Origin: Auanema rhodensis
Lineage: Eukaryota; Animalia; Nematoda
DNA length: 64,000 nt
Direction of reading: 5' to 3'
Assembly: GCA_964057225.1 (NCBI GenBank)
Contig: OZ059897.1
Span: 11,222,001 to 11,286,000 of the forward strand
The notes below the pieces were generated by a model. It was not told the origin of the DNA. It did no database searches and saw nothing but the letters and a program-made list of their open reading frames with translations. Positions 45,817 through 59,633 of the stretch are shown here, one piece after another. Position numbers and translations under genes: made by a program. Positions within the stretch are counted from its first letter, which is position 1, and the number at the start of each line of letters is the position of its first letter.

Positions 45817-48715
45817 ACTTATGCTATTTTCAACCACATTTTCCATCGAATTACATTTTAAGGTGTGGCATTTCTTACACTTGGCTTTACATCTATGCAA
45901 CACTGTTTTGTAAGATAATTTACAGTGTTGGCATATAATACCATCAAAAAGCTGTGATCTACTACAAGTTGTAGTACAGTCATAATGATTATTTCGGTAG
46001 CCTAGTGTTACCACTTTGCTAGCCGTTTCATTGAAGACACGCTGAATAGCGTACATACGCTGTCCAGATGGCCTAGCGTATACTACAAACTTATAGTCTG
46101 TATTACAACTTGCAATAATATTTAAATGGTTTAAATTTTAATTTGGTAAATGTACAGAAATACCACACCTATTTAATAAATTGATATGATGTGGTTGCAA
46201 CAAGATGTAGTTGCGACGAAGATTTTGAATACTCCGCTTCTCAATAACATCTTCTGCTGCCTCTTCATCGGTTTTCCACATTCCCACAACTGCTGCTCTA
46301 GCCAGGCAATGTGTATCAGTGTTCTCAATTGTGCCAGGTATTTTGAGTTCGGCATCAAAAGAGAAGCCAACTCTACCTTCACCAGGCATCAGGCTTGGCT
46401 GCACTAGTCTTTCATCAAACACATACATTTTAATATTCATTGCCTGGTTAATTACAGCCTCTCGCTTTGATTGCTGCACCTTGCTGATGGCATTCATGAT
46501 GGCAACGCCATCCAAATGCTCCCTTCTACGGAAATCCATAAATATGGATCCCTTTTCAAAGGATGGGTGCTCTATTGATAGACAAAATAATGCTTTTTGT
46601 TTATCTGGCACACCACTTTCAGCAAGGCACCGATCAAGAAACTCATTAAATAGCCGCGGCATGACAACATGCATTGGCTCATTAATGGCTTCCAAATGTG
46701 GGAACGTGAGCGATCTAACGACCACGTTGGTGAACCGACCAGTGCGTTTTATGCGTCGGTGTGACCACTATAATACACACTTTTTATAATGGTTATACGC
46801 TTTCATTTTAAATATAAATAATTTTTGTTTATAACTTTTAATAAATTTACTTTTCTTTAAATTATTTTTATAAGCTTTTACTAAAAATAAATGGCATTTG
46901 ATTTTTAAATATAAAGTTTTTTCTTTTATAAACATTTGTTAATGTTTAAAAATAAATGAAAAGGTCAAGATGGTGTTTTATTATTTTACTAGTTCAAAAT
47001 GTTTGAAATATTTATAATTTGTAAGAATTCAAAATTGGTTGAAAGAAAGATATATAGTGAGATGAAATGTAAAGATTTTAAAATGAAAGCTGTTCAAAAG
47101 AATGAGTATATAAATTTCAAAATATTTGCAATTTGTTTGATAAAAGATATAGATTCAGATGAAATGTAAAGATGAGAGAGAGAGAATTTTATGAATGCAA
47201 TTGAAAAAGAGAAATAAATTTCAATTATGAATTATATATTTATTTATTATGAAATAATATGTAAATAAAAGATCGTACCTCTATTTTACAGACATCGTTG
47301 AAAGCCGCTCCATATCCGACTTGCCCTCCACTGGTTGATGGGGTAGCGGGATCCCATTCTCTTAAAAAGAAAAAAACTAATTGTTATAATTTTAAATATC
47401 GCTTACTCATCACTGTCGTCCAAGGTTATTACTTCAATAACCCTTGATGATGAGGGCCCACTGTTAAAAGTGGGTGATGTGGGCTCACAGAGCTCGATCC
47501 CACCAGCCTCGGTAAACTTTATACGTTTACTAAAAAACAAAATATATATATAGATTCAAAATTGTGTTAAAGTACCTGAGCTGATTAATCTCTTCATAAT
47601 CGAAACCCAACTCTTTACATAAACGTTTATAACTAAAAAAAAAAAAAGTTTACAAACAAAAGAATCAAAACGACACAACCTATTAGCAGCCATTGTACCT
47701 TGATATAATGAATACATCAGTCTACACATTGCTGTTGGCATTGTAATTTTTTATGTAACATGGATTTGGGTACAGCTGTCAAAACTAGCAGTTGCGATAA
47801 ACTTTGAAATAAATAAGCATATTGAATACATCTGTTTTTATTGTAACCGTCGGATTAATTTTTGTTATTAGTTCTTATTAAATTAACTTTATGCGTTTCA
47901 TTGAGGTCAGCGCAACTGTTTGTTAATCCCGTCGTATTTATCTTCAATGTGTGTTCTATAAAGTTATTGTATTGTTATATTAGTAAAATAAAATTTAAAA
48001 CTAATCTTTTTTTTTAATTTGAAACTTTTACTTGTTACAATAAATATAATTGATAACAATTCGTAATTTCAAAAATTAATAATTTAATGTCGTTCTTATC
48101 GAATTAACTTTCGATATGTGTTCCATTGAATTTTGTATTTCATATAGTTCTTATCGAATTAACCTTCGATATGTGTTCCATTGAATTACTCATAACAAGT
48201 ACGGTGAACAAAATAATCTACATGCAAAAATTTTATTGATCTTTAAAAACAAAAACAGTACAAACACAATACAATAAAGTAATAGAAATAATAAATAAGT
48301 ATAATTAATAGAAAAATATAATAAATGAATGATCAAATTTATATAATGTAACAACAAATTTAAATATAATTTATGTATTTGAAATTTAAATAAAATTTAA
48401 ATATTTTTAAATTTATATTTTTTTTTCACTTAATATATTTGAAAAATATATTAAAAATATATACATACATTTGAAAAAGCATATTTAAATTTGATTTAAA
48501 AAAAAATCATGCTTTAAATCATGACTTTTATATTTAAAAAAGGAAAATCCATGAACCATGATCCCAAAATATGATTTTAACAGCTGACGCTCAAAAATAT
48601 GTTTTTGACAGCTGACGCGCCTCAAAAGTATGTTTTTAGCAGCTGACGCCCCCCAAAGTATGTTTTTGACAGCTGTTTGGGGGCGTGGTTAGTAAATTTT
48701 GCACGGCTCTCTACT
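45817..48715 (-). mobile_element. Maverick left arm: TIR plus pPolB 5' exons (ATG 47693)
   Basis: Reverse complement of 17629-20180, including the segment deleted in copy 1. Confidence 0.92.
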
Positions 48716-51043
48716 AGCAACGGCAAAAGAGTCAACCTTTCAGGTATCATTAGGCCAAAAAAACAAAAACGCCAAACAGGGCAGTAGGGTGATGTTAAAA
48801 TTTGGGCGATTGTTGTTTTCCCTGCTCCGGGTAAAATGGTTGCGGGCTCAGTCATTTTTATCGAAACAGCTATTACTGTATGTGCAGATCTTGAACTTCC
48901 TGACGTAGGAGTAATGTGCTCTGTTTGATTATATTGGTTAGGTGTCGTCAATTTGTCTAATCTTGGACTACTGAGAATCGGGGTTGATGTTTGTAGGTTG
49001 TTTTTCAAAAGTTTTCTCTGCTCCGGTGAGGTGATTGGAGATAACGTATAGCGCGTGTATGTATTGGGTATTGTAGCAAGTCGCTGTGCTCGGCTAGATT
49101 TTGGGTTTGGGTCTTTGGGTGAGCGATTCAATAAATCAACGACTTTGTTTTTAAGAGATTGTAAGCCTGTTGTTGAAGGTGAACCAGTAGGTTCATGACT
49201 TGAGAGAGAGAAAGATATCAGAATTATTTAGATTTTTATTATTTTTATGTATATTTGAAGAGCGTACCTTTTCTTTCGTAGTGGTGTTCGGAGTCTGTTC
49301 GTCTATGATCAAGGGTTGCTCGTCGTCTCCAGATGGTATGTAGTCCGGATCGCTAGAATGTTCTGAAGGAGAAAACGTACCTGCACGGCGCGTGTAAAAT
49401 TTTTCGACGTTAGGCTTCTCCTCAGCTGTGTCTTCGTTGATGATAGCGACATTTTGCGCGCAAGTTTGGCTTCTAGTTACTGGAGCTGAATCGCGGGATC
49501 CGGGTTGGAGTGTGTACTAAGAGGTACTGCTGAGTTATACCTTCTCTCCACCTTGTTAGGGCTCTTGGTTTGAAAAAACCTCGAGTGTCTGATTACGTGG
49601 AGGAAGATGGAATTTTAACGTAATTGGGTAGGTATGTACGTTTAGTTGTTGGTGATAAGTTGGGAAAAGTTAGATAGAGACTGACGACTGGTTTGGTCAA
49701 GTCGGAAGGATAGGAATGAATCTAAGGTTCTGGCCATAACTTTAGATTCGCCTTCTACCGTACTTTGAAATTGGACTTTGGTTATCTTGGTCTTTTGGGT
49801 CCAATTTGTATTGCATTTGAATTTTTCTTTTCTCTTTGCACGCATTATGGATGATTGCCTAGTCTCAGTGGGCTTATTCCCTTCTCTTTTTTATAAAAAT
49901 TTTTGATTTTTAGTCGCAAACTCCCTTAGGCATTCCAAAAAGTTAAAGCATTAAAATTGGGCTTTGGTAATCCATCAATCTATCCAAGAGGAATTACTAG
50001 TCCCAATTGCATACTTAATTCGTTCGTTCATGGTTTAACGGAAAGTAAGGATCTTTTTTAAGAAAATCTACCGTAGTCGTTTTGCAAACCAAAGATCTTG
50101 TTTTATAATATCGAAGTTACATAGCTGACTAAAATTTACAAGAACTATACGAAATTATAATAATAATAAGATGATTTGGAATTGAGTCTCATGTTTCTAA
50201 ACAACAAAACGGTATGAGGAAGGTGACATATAGTATGGGGAGAAAATCCAACTAACTGGAGTTCCAACTAAATCCAACTAGAGTTATTCTTTCCTCAAAG
50301 CCGAAATCAATCCTTAAAAGAATGGTGTGGGTAATATCAAAATATATAAAATCTTTAGGTGAATCTGTTAACGAATTCAGCCTAAAGTCCTCATGTGGCT
50401 TCGAGGTCGGCTAACAGTATAAATCAGATGTTAATAGCAAGGATATGTGACTTAGGTTCAGACATGACAAAATTGTGAACAACGGGATCAAGTAAAATAA
50501 ATTCTTCCCAAAATGTATAATTTTTCTCTCTTATTATGAGAGTTCCTTGCATCTGTTCCCTATAACGATGTTGGCACCTCCGTTTTGTGTTTTAGCGTGG
50601 AGAAGATGGCAATGGATAGGAGAAAGTTAAAAAGAAAATGAATATTACGAGAGTAAAGTTTAAGAAAATAAGAGAAAATAAAATAAACGTTTGTGGTGGA
50701 ACCTCCACGTTCCGTTATGCTCTCGCATCTATCCTATAGACCAATGTAGTCTATGAGATGTGCAATATAGTGTTCCAGATGTAGCGGTATTAATAGAGCA
50801 TAATGGATAAACATAAGACTCGTGAAAAGAAAGGTTTATTCTACATAATGGTTACAATAAGTTACGATAAGAAAAAAAGAGATATAAACTATAGGTGAGC
50901 TCTGAAGAGATGACAAGCCATCCTTAGTCATTCCATGAGACAGAACTAAAGTCTGAGTTCTATATAAAGGGCGTGTCAGCTCCTCTCCTCTCTTGTCGTC
51001 TAGCTCTAACCCGCCTGCTACGTATTGATTATCCGGATGGAAC
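48716..51043 (-). mobile_element. 5' part (LTR, PBS, leader, gag) of a diverged relative of the gag-env-pol element
   Basis: LPGAGKTTIAQ.L.SPYCP, NSAVPLSTH, shared leader blocks, PBS at 50695-50707. Confidence 0.88.
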
Positions 51044-51080
51044 TGTATTCCATTTCTGAGCGAAATGGCGCAATTAAGGA

Positions 51081-51277
51081 TTAATTTGTTGATCGTTTAA
51101 AGCGTTGGCGTGAAGGATCCATGTGATTATCCAGATTACTTGTTAGATCCGATAAAGAATATGCTTCTGAATAATCAATAAACGAGACAAGAGTCTCAGT
51201 AGTGGATTCAAAAATTGGTGAAGAAAAACAAGATTGAGTGGTAGTAGCGTTACATATTGTTTCTTCCCGTCTTTTCA
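51081..51277 (-). pseudogene. gB-like env remnant
   Basis: SCFSSPIFESTT...RQRFKR|S parallels SCFRQPAFHTTS...KRPKR|A of the main element. Confidence 0.45.
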
Positions 51278-51640
51278 TGGTCGGAAGATATATGTACTTC
51301 TACCTTGTTCCTTAGGTAGGCAGACCCGAACGCCCCGATTTCCTTATTAAGAAAAATATTTAAAGAGAAAAGGATTCATTATCAGATAACAAGAAAATAC
51401 AATATAAGAATTACATTAAGAAAGAATATAAAAAGATATAATAGAGTATTAAATAGAGTATATTTATAGATGATAAAGAGATGAGACTCACATGGCTATA
51501 AGACAACCTATCTGGGTCAGGCCAGAAGCAAGTGTGTCATGTGTGTCCCATGTTGTAGGCGGGGCTTGTTCAGGCTCCCGCTATTTGAATAGCGCGCACA
51601 TGTTTACCATGTGCTTGCCGATGTGACATCCCCCCACCTT
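51278..51640 (-). repeat. 3' LTR of another Gypsy element with polypurine tract
   Basis: AAGGTGGGGGGA followed by TGTCACA on the minus strand; far end uncertain. Confidence 0.55.
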
Positions 51641-52299
51641 AAAAAGTTGAACTTCCTCGTTCAAAAACAAAATAAATTAATTCGCTTTTTAAGATAGTTG
51701 GATGTTGGAAAAAAAAATCATGGTGTAGTGGATAAAAAAAATGTATACAATACGATTTGAAAGTTTAGCTATTGTCTCTTCAAGTTTGTTGAATTTGAAA
51801 TGTAGTATCGAGTAGATTCTATTCCATTCACTTGAGTAGTGAAATGCTTGCAAACGAGAGCTTTGCTTCTAAACCATTCGACTGTGATATAGTCGTTCAT
51901 TTTCTTGAGTTGTACAGGTACGGTGTTACCCTGAGAATAGGTCGAGCCCGTTCTGTACAAAAAAATAAAAACTCGTTTGACCCGTATGACTAATGTCCAT
52001 AAGGTGAATACAAGTAATGATTAAGCATAACAAATAGCAAGATTCACAAGAGAATATTGAAAAAAATCTACTCAATGAAAATTGGAGTAATAAAACAAAA
52101 CCTTGTAAAACAATAGCAGACTTCTCAGAGAAAATCAATCAACAACAACGAAGTGTTACAATCAGAAATGGCACAAAATAAAAAAAAATTCAACAATTTG
52201 ATTTTGTTAAAAAAAAAACTACCTTCAAGAAATTGTGATAACCGGAATAAATGTTGTCCGTTGATAAGGTTTGACAAAGTCCTTGTGTACTCTTCTGCT

Positions 52300-53415
52300 T
52301 TTTCCTTTTCCCAAGTTGTTCCCCATTTACTAAAAGCGTCTTGAATACTCAAGATGTATCGATGTCCGTCATTAGTGCGAGGTAAAGGACCTAGTATATC
52401 TACATGAATACGATCAAATAGCTTATCGGGTATAACAAATCTTCCCATAGGTTGAATTTAGGATTGGTGTGGGTTAGATTTTCTACTTGCACATTTTGTA
52501 CAACGATTAATAAATTCAGTTATTTGTGGAACCATATTAGTCCAAAAGTATCGTCGTCGAATCGCATCAGTAGTTTTATTTATACCTAGGTGTGCACCAA
52601 TTTTGAAATCTTCGTGAAAAAATTTGATGACAACATCAGTTATTTTGTCGTTTCGAGAATAATTTTTGCTGTTTTGCATGTTATATGCCTTCTCGTTCTT
52701 CATACCGGTCTGATATATTAGCCGGACAGTTTTCATTATTAATTCGAGAAAGTGCTTCGCGAATCCAGGGAACTCCAGCTTGAACTTTCCGTATTTCATC
52801 ACAATTTAGTTGGTCAAGAGAAGTAATCGTTGTAATATGAGCAATAAAAACATCAACAGGTTTTACTTTGTCCTTTGGTTTAGTAGGACGACAGTCATTT
52901 GCTTCGTTTCCTATATGCGTGGAGAGAGCATCACAGACACTGTTTAATTTGCCAGGACGATATTCAATCTTTATGTTGAAATCTTGTATCATTAGTTGAT
53001 ACTTGGCTAATCTACCTATGACGACATTAAACTGGTTAATGGTCGGTGATCTGTGATAACTGTGGTAGGCACTCCTAATACATAGGTACATAATTGTTAA
53101 AGAGCAAAGACTAAACCGAGTGCTTCAACTTCAATAGGAGGATATTTCCGTTCCGCTGGAGTCAACTTTCTACTAGCGAACGCAAGCGAACGGGTGTAAT
53201 GGAGAATTTTTCTCTGCTGATTGCAATAAAACTGCTCCCACAGCGATCATACTGCCATCACTTTCTATGACAAAAGGTTGGTCTGCTTTAGGAGGTTTCA
53301 GTACAGGGGCAGTACACAGTAATGTTTTTAAAGTTTTAAATGCGTCTGCATGTTCCGATTTCCACTCAAAATGAGTATCCTTATGTGTTAACTTATACAA
53401 TGGCTCAGCTATTCC
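52300..53415 (-). pseudogene. Gypsy pol remnant (RNase H-integrase)
   Basis: APVLKPP, ESDGS..AVGAVL, YRPGKLN..DALS, GAHLG, HVDILGP. Confidence 0.9.
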
Positions 53416-53420
53416 GGCAT

Positions 53421-55281
53421 AATTTTGAATAAAAACATCAACGATACAATAATAGCCAGGCGTCCCATTGATTTTTCAAATAACATTAATACAATGTATA
53501 TATATTGTGATATTGTAGAATATTCCATTCTTGGTAATGTGAAAGCTAATTTACTTGCATGTTTACCTGTACCCCCTCCTACTGAATTTGGTAAAATGAT
53601 TGCCAAAACATTTAATCCTATTCGTTATGTACCAATCACTAGACAAACACTCGATACCATACGTATTGAAATTTTAGATGAATTTGGTCGTCCTATGCAA
53701 TTTAATTATGGTTCTACAGTTGTTACATTACATGTTAAAAATATGAAATAAACGTTTTATTCAACAGTTATACAATACCACATTTTTATTTTCGAAGGTT
53801 TAAAAGATAGTTTAGGGCAGTTTTGTTTGTCGCTCGGCTCGTGTTGTGAATGTTCTCCGTCACTATTGCTGCGGCATCTTTTTGATTGGGTTGAATGTAC
53901 AAACTCCTCAGCTTTTTCAAAGGGTTTGCTGGTATCATTTCCATCACCATCTTCACCATTCGTTCCATTATTATTATGAATACGCCGAATATGACGCTCA
54001 CAATTGAATCTTGTTCCAAAAGTTTCACTACAATGAGGGCACAAACGTCTACGAACACCATCCAAATGTCCATATTTTTGAATAAAGTCAGCATTGCTGA
54101 TATAATTGTTACATATGGGTTGAATCCCTGCATGCCTTTTCAAAACGTGATCACTAAAATGCTTGGTTGAAGAAAATATTTCCTTGCATGTACCACAATA
54201 TTTGTTACATAAAAGTTCCATTAGAGGAAAATGAAAAACGACCACACGCAATCAACCCACTTTTATATAATGAGCAACAATATGACTAGTGTTGTACAAA
54301 AGCCCAATCCCAATGCTATACCTTTAATAAATGGCACTGAAATACATTTCAACATTCTCCTGTATAAAGGCGCTGGTTTAGATTGCTCCAACGTGTATTT
54401 GACACATAATTCACAGTGACAAGGAATATTCATAACTGACCACGTAATGTAGCAGGTTATTAATGACAAATTTCTTATATAGTAGCCAATTTATAGTCGA
54501 ATACTTTATGCATAAACGCTTTAATAAAGACATCATCATTTTTCAATAGTTTAAAAAATGAACAAATGCTTTCAAATGAATTACCAGCCGACAACATTAG
54601 TATTACAAATACCACATAGCCACCACAAGTGTATTCAATTATGCGTTGTGGTTTGCAAGTATTAATTTTTACCTTTTTATATTTGGCCAGATAATTTTGA
54701 ATGTACTTGTTCATTTTATATCCCAAGCTACAGAAAAAATAGGCTTGCTTGTTACGGACAAAGATGACCTGCCAATGTGTGCCTGGCTTATCATGTGTGT
54801 CAGTATTTACGACAAGTGCAAAGTTTTTACGACGCGTTTTGGGTAGAGTATCAGCGCTATATACACCGAGGAATAGTTTCCGAGTGCTGGGGACAGATTG
54901 CAATAGTGATACTATTTCAGACGAATACATTTTAGTAGAATGATCTAGTGTAACTTTTGTATTGCGCGCGTGCGGTTCGATATGCCGCACCTCCTTTTGG
55001 ATGTCAACTCTATTCAATGGACAACACTTTTAAATCAACAAATGGGTGGCGCCCCATTTAGCGGAATGATGTTTCAACGTGGAATGCAGAGGGGTCATGG
55101 TTTGGGTGGTATTTTGGCAACTTTGGCATCATTTCTACCACGCATCATTCAATCACCTATAGCCCAAAATCTCATCAATGCCGGAAGAAACGCCTTATCC
55201 AGTGCTGTAAGCATTAGTCCAGTTGTAAATTCACCTCTTGGCGGACAGTTGCTGAAAACTGGTAATGAAATTGTTGATGGG
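53421..55281 (-). mobile_element. Maverick fragment (mCP 3', ZnF, TM ORF, protease, core 5')
   Basis: Direct repeat of ~61204-63057 at 7776-bp offset. Confidence 0.92.
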
Positions 55282-57002
55282 AGTAGAGAGCCATGCCGAA
55301 TTTACTAGCCACGCCCCCAAACAGTTGCTAAAAACATACTTTTGAGGGCGTCAGCTGCTAAAAACATACTTTTGGGGGCGTCAGCTGTCAAAATCATATT
55401 TTCAGCGTCAGCTGTCAAAAATATAATTTTCCTCCCGAGGCAGGCTCTCGAGCCTGCACATGGATCAAAGTGCATGATTTTTTTAAAATCTTTTTTAAAA
55501 TTATTTTTTAATGTATTATTTTAAATGAATTTTTATTATTTATATATTTGTTAATTGTATTTGTAAATATTTTTAAAATTATTTCTTTTTAAATGTATTT
55601 TTAATATTTATATATGTTTTAAATATTATTATTTAATTATTTCTTTTTAAATATATTTCTAATAATATTTCTTTTTAAATGTATTTTAATATTTATATAT
55701 TTTTTAATTGTATCTTTAAAACTGAATAAAATATTTCTCATATATATTGTTTTTTATATATTTAAATATTTTTAAAAAGTAATCAATATGTTCACCGTAC
55801 CTCTTATGGGTTACTCAATGGAACTCATATCGAAGGTCAATTCGATAAGAAGTACTAAATATTTAAACTAAATTTAATGAAACACATATCGAAGGTTAAT
55901 TCGATAAGATCGTTAAAACAGGTGCACTACACATGGCAAAAGTTGTGTTCATAAAAATATGATAAATAGCTGTACACCATATGTACACATAACGCTAAAG
56001 AATACTTACTATGCCAAGGGGTCATGAGTATATACGAAAATTTTCAAATTTTTTAACATCAAAAATGTTACTTTAAAGTAATTGTTGTTGTAGCCCTAAT
56101 AGTTTATAAATGTTCTGAGAGGTAATGTATTTCATAACTATGTTCAAGAATAGAATAAATGTTTCGTAATATATTTATTGAACAATAAATTTTCATTTAA
56201 AATTAGAACATGTGTTAACATTTTGTAAGAGTTTCTTTTTTACAAAATGTCTGGAAATGTTGTACTTGTAATCGGATGTGTACAAGTCTGTTTTTCGCAA
56301 CAATCCTGCGTTTCCTCAGTGGGATCCAACATTTTGAATTAGTGTTTCCTGAAAATAAGAGTGTACCACAGCTGTTATAATAAGAATATGAATACAATAT
56401 TAAACGATCCTATTGTAATCTTCCACAATTTTGGATGACAGTTGTTATTGTATAGGGACTTGTCACAAATGAGTTGAATTATTGTTAAATATTTGTATTT
56501 ACGAAGTCGAATGCTGTAACAAGTAATTAATAAGCGGATAGTTTACAGGTTGTTAATCCGGCAACTGTTGGCGCAATCGGTGTATTTTAGCGCATTTGGC
56601 AGCTGTTTGCGCAACAAACTGCTAATTAATGTATAAATGCATATATTTGTTGTAATATATAACAAATAGAAAAGCCGCATACAGCAGTCAACTGTTTTGT
56701 GAAAGAGGTGGAGTGGGTAGAGATTTACAACAAAGTTTGTATAAAAGGTGGCAAAATTTTTTTGACCGAAATTTGCATTTCAGCTCCGCCAACAAGTCGA
56801 CTCTACGATCCAGTTCTGTCAACAAGTCTACTCTCCGATCCAGCTCCGCCACCAAGTTTTCTCGCCGATCCACCTCTGCCAACAAGTCGACGATCTGATC
56901 CAACGTCAACAGACTGCTGCTAGGACTTTTCTCTACTCTACTTGGACCCTAGACGTAAAAGTTTGTTGTTGTTTAGGAAAAGCCTCCAATTGGGCTACAA
57001 AC

Positions 57003-57596
57003 ATGAAGCGTTCCGCTCTTGTTGATGTAGAGAATATTGTACCTTCGACACCGGAACCGGATGTTCCACGATCACCCACACCAGGACCCAACTTTGCTGC
57101 CACATTCTTTGGTAAGGTTTTATTTTTGTTATCAATTATTTTTTGTTTAGACACACCAAAAAAGCAGGTACAAATCTCAAAGGATAGCTCTCCACAACAG
57201 CCTGTAGTTATGAGACCAATATGTCTCTGCAAAACTTGTAGGGAAACATTGCAAGTCGTAGACGAGTACCACTGTTTCAGCCTCTGTGTCAAGTGTAGAG
57301 CGAGGAATGATGCCTTAGGGCTTTTAAAAGTTTTCCGTCATTATAAACCTGAAAATTCAACAATCAATGTAGGATTATAAAATTATTAATTCTAATTATT
57401 ATTTTTTCTTTTACAGATGCGTTCTTATTCTAGCATGTCATCAACACAATTGTTGAATAATATGGGTTACATTGCCATTTATACTGATGAGTCAACTGTC
57501 AAGTCTTTTGGTTATAAGCAGAATGTGTTCTACTTTAAATTAAGTCAACAGGCGCTCAACTTGAATATGCTTATCCGTTTTGATCCATCGTTTTGA
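57003..57596 (+). CDS. Spliced D-box/Cys-rich accessory gene, divergent allele
   Basis: MKRSALVDVEN...F|DTPKK...CLCKTC...CFSLCVKC...STIN|MRSY...RFDPSF*. Confidence 0.72.
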
Positions 57597-57892
57597 CTAC
57601 AACAAGCACAAACTGTTTAATGGACAGTTGGTTGATTTTGTTGTGTTATATTTAAATTTTCTTAGCCGTAACATTTTTTTTCCAGCTCTTGAAGTTTGAA
57701 ATTATCCATCAACAGCCGACTCTCAAACCAACTGGTAAGCATTGAAAATTTAAATATTAATCAGTTTATAATTATAGGTTATATCATTGTCTTGGCTTTT
57801 ATGTTTTGCTGGTTTTTTATTGTTACAATATGAACGATTGATCAAATAAATCATTTATTATTAATACAATTGTTTACAACAACAGTGAAAAA

Positions 57893-58960
57893 TTATACAT
57901 TTAAATTTTCTGCATCTATCCATTCATTAAAGTTGTCGGGATAGCCACTCCGTTTCACAAATACTTGGCGTTTACCATTTCGTGTACGCTCTTTCAAAAC
58001 TTTCTCAATATAGTACTGGTTGCTTTTATTAGTAGCCAACACAAGTTCAGGCTCATAAAATATTCCCTTTATACGTTCACCATTATAATCTACAAGTTTA
58101 TACACGGTTGGGTTCCCGGCTACAATCTCATCAATTGTGAATAGTTCCATTGTATATCCAGACTCGTAACGTTTTTCAAAAGTACGCCTGTTCTTGCTTA
58201 TGCGAACATTATCACCAATTTTGAATCGGTTGCGAACAGCTGGTGCATATTCTTCAACGAATATATTTGCTGTAACATCTACGGGGCGCATTTTAATCGA
58301 CCGATTATAAGATTTGTTTATTCCTTCGACCAAGTCATCTAGTATATCAATCTATCGATGATTATTCTTGTAATAGAGATATTTCATCATGCGTGTTTTT
58401 AAAGTTCTATTTGCTCGCTCCACCATTGCAGCCTTTTGTGGTGAACTTGTAGATCCGTGCAGTATGGCAAACTTTTTGAATAGTTTTTCACAATGATTAT
58501 TATAAAACTCTGTGCCATTATCAGTAATCAACTGAATTGGTATAAAATTCTTGAATAAACTTTCAAATGCACTAGCAACCTCTATACCACCTTTAGTTTT
58601 CAAAGGCCTAACATTTAACATGCGTGTATAAACATCAATCATGGTCAACATGTAAGCATAGCCGTCGTTTAATTTTTTATATTTTTGCATATCAACCAAA
58701 TCTGCTTGCACTGTTAGAAATCGACCACATCCTCTAGTCTTTCTAGTCTGCATACGCATTCTGGTTGGTTTATGCCGTGTAAAAGTTTCAGAATCTTGCA
58801 AAAAATCATCAACTTGTACCTTTGAAATGCCATGTTTTCGTGCTTGCGATAATAAATTCTTGGCTGATGTATATGAAGCTGGATGTTTTATATCGTAATA
58901 AATGCTCGCCAAAATATCATTTCCATAATCTAATGTAGAACCTTTTACGACCTTGGCCAT
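57893..58960 (-). pseudogene. Maverick integrase with a TGG>TAG stop at 58352-58354
   Basis: Same motifs as 28390-29459. Confidence 0.92.
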
Positions 58961-59633
58961 TCTGTGAGTCTCCTTCTCGTGGTGTGTAATATGATTCGGC
59001 GGCAGTATCAAAAGTTTTTGACCTTTTACTTTTGAGTGTACGAACCGGTGATGGTGAATATCGAATAACAGCTTTACGATGACGAGGCGTTCTAGGTAAT
59101 AGAGTAGAGTCCAAGTCTGTAACAGCCGGTTCAGCTCTAGTTACAACGTCAACTGAATCATTGTCAGCCGACTCTCTTCTAGTTTGTTTCTTGTTAGAAC
59201 TAGATACGCCTTTACTGGCTAAAAACTTTGACAAGACTGAAAATCCATTGGACTCCGTTTTTGTTTTATCCAATACAAAATCTAAAATTTTTGTAATATT
59301 GGTGTTTGGTACAGCCTCATTATTAATCACAAGTTGGTTATTCTTGTTTGTGCGCACCTCTGGAAATTTCTCCCACAAATTGTTATACTTTCTTGGCAAC
59401 TTGTATTCTGGCAATAGAGGTGGATCAGCATTTTCCACTTGTACTGATATGGGCGCATCTATACTTTCTCTATAGTTTTCGAGACGAGCAATCAAGTCTT
59501 CGTATAGTTCAGCCTTTTTATAATCGGGTATAGCTTTATTTTCTCGTAAAAGCTTGAGCTCTGCATCAAACTTGTCTATATTAATTGTTTCCTCGTCGAC
59601 AGGAATTAGTCGATATTTATGGTTGAGCTTCAT
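58917..59633 (-). CDS. Maverick ORF238 copy
   Basis: Near-identical to 27719-28435. Confidence 0.8.
   Translation of the reverse strand: MKLNHKYRLIPVDEETINIDKFDAELKLLRENKAIPDYKKAELYEDLIARLENYRESIDAPISVQVENADPPLLPEYKLPRKYNNLWEKFPEVRTNKNNQLVINNEAVPNTNITKILDFVLDKTKTESNGFSVLSKFLASKGVSSSNKKQTRRESADNDSVDVVTRAEPAVTDLDSTLLPRTPRHRKAVIRYSPSPVRTLKSKRSKTFDTAAESYYTPREGDSQNGQGRKRFYIRLWK

Noticed and set aside
51650-52290. Hydrophobic ORFs as a 3' env of the Gypsy remnant
   Set aside because: Too fragmentary, with no recognisable motif
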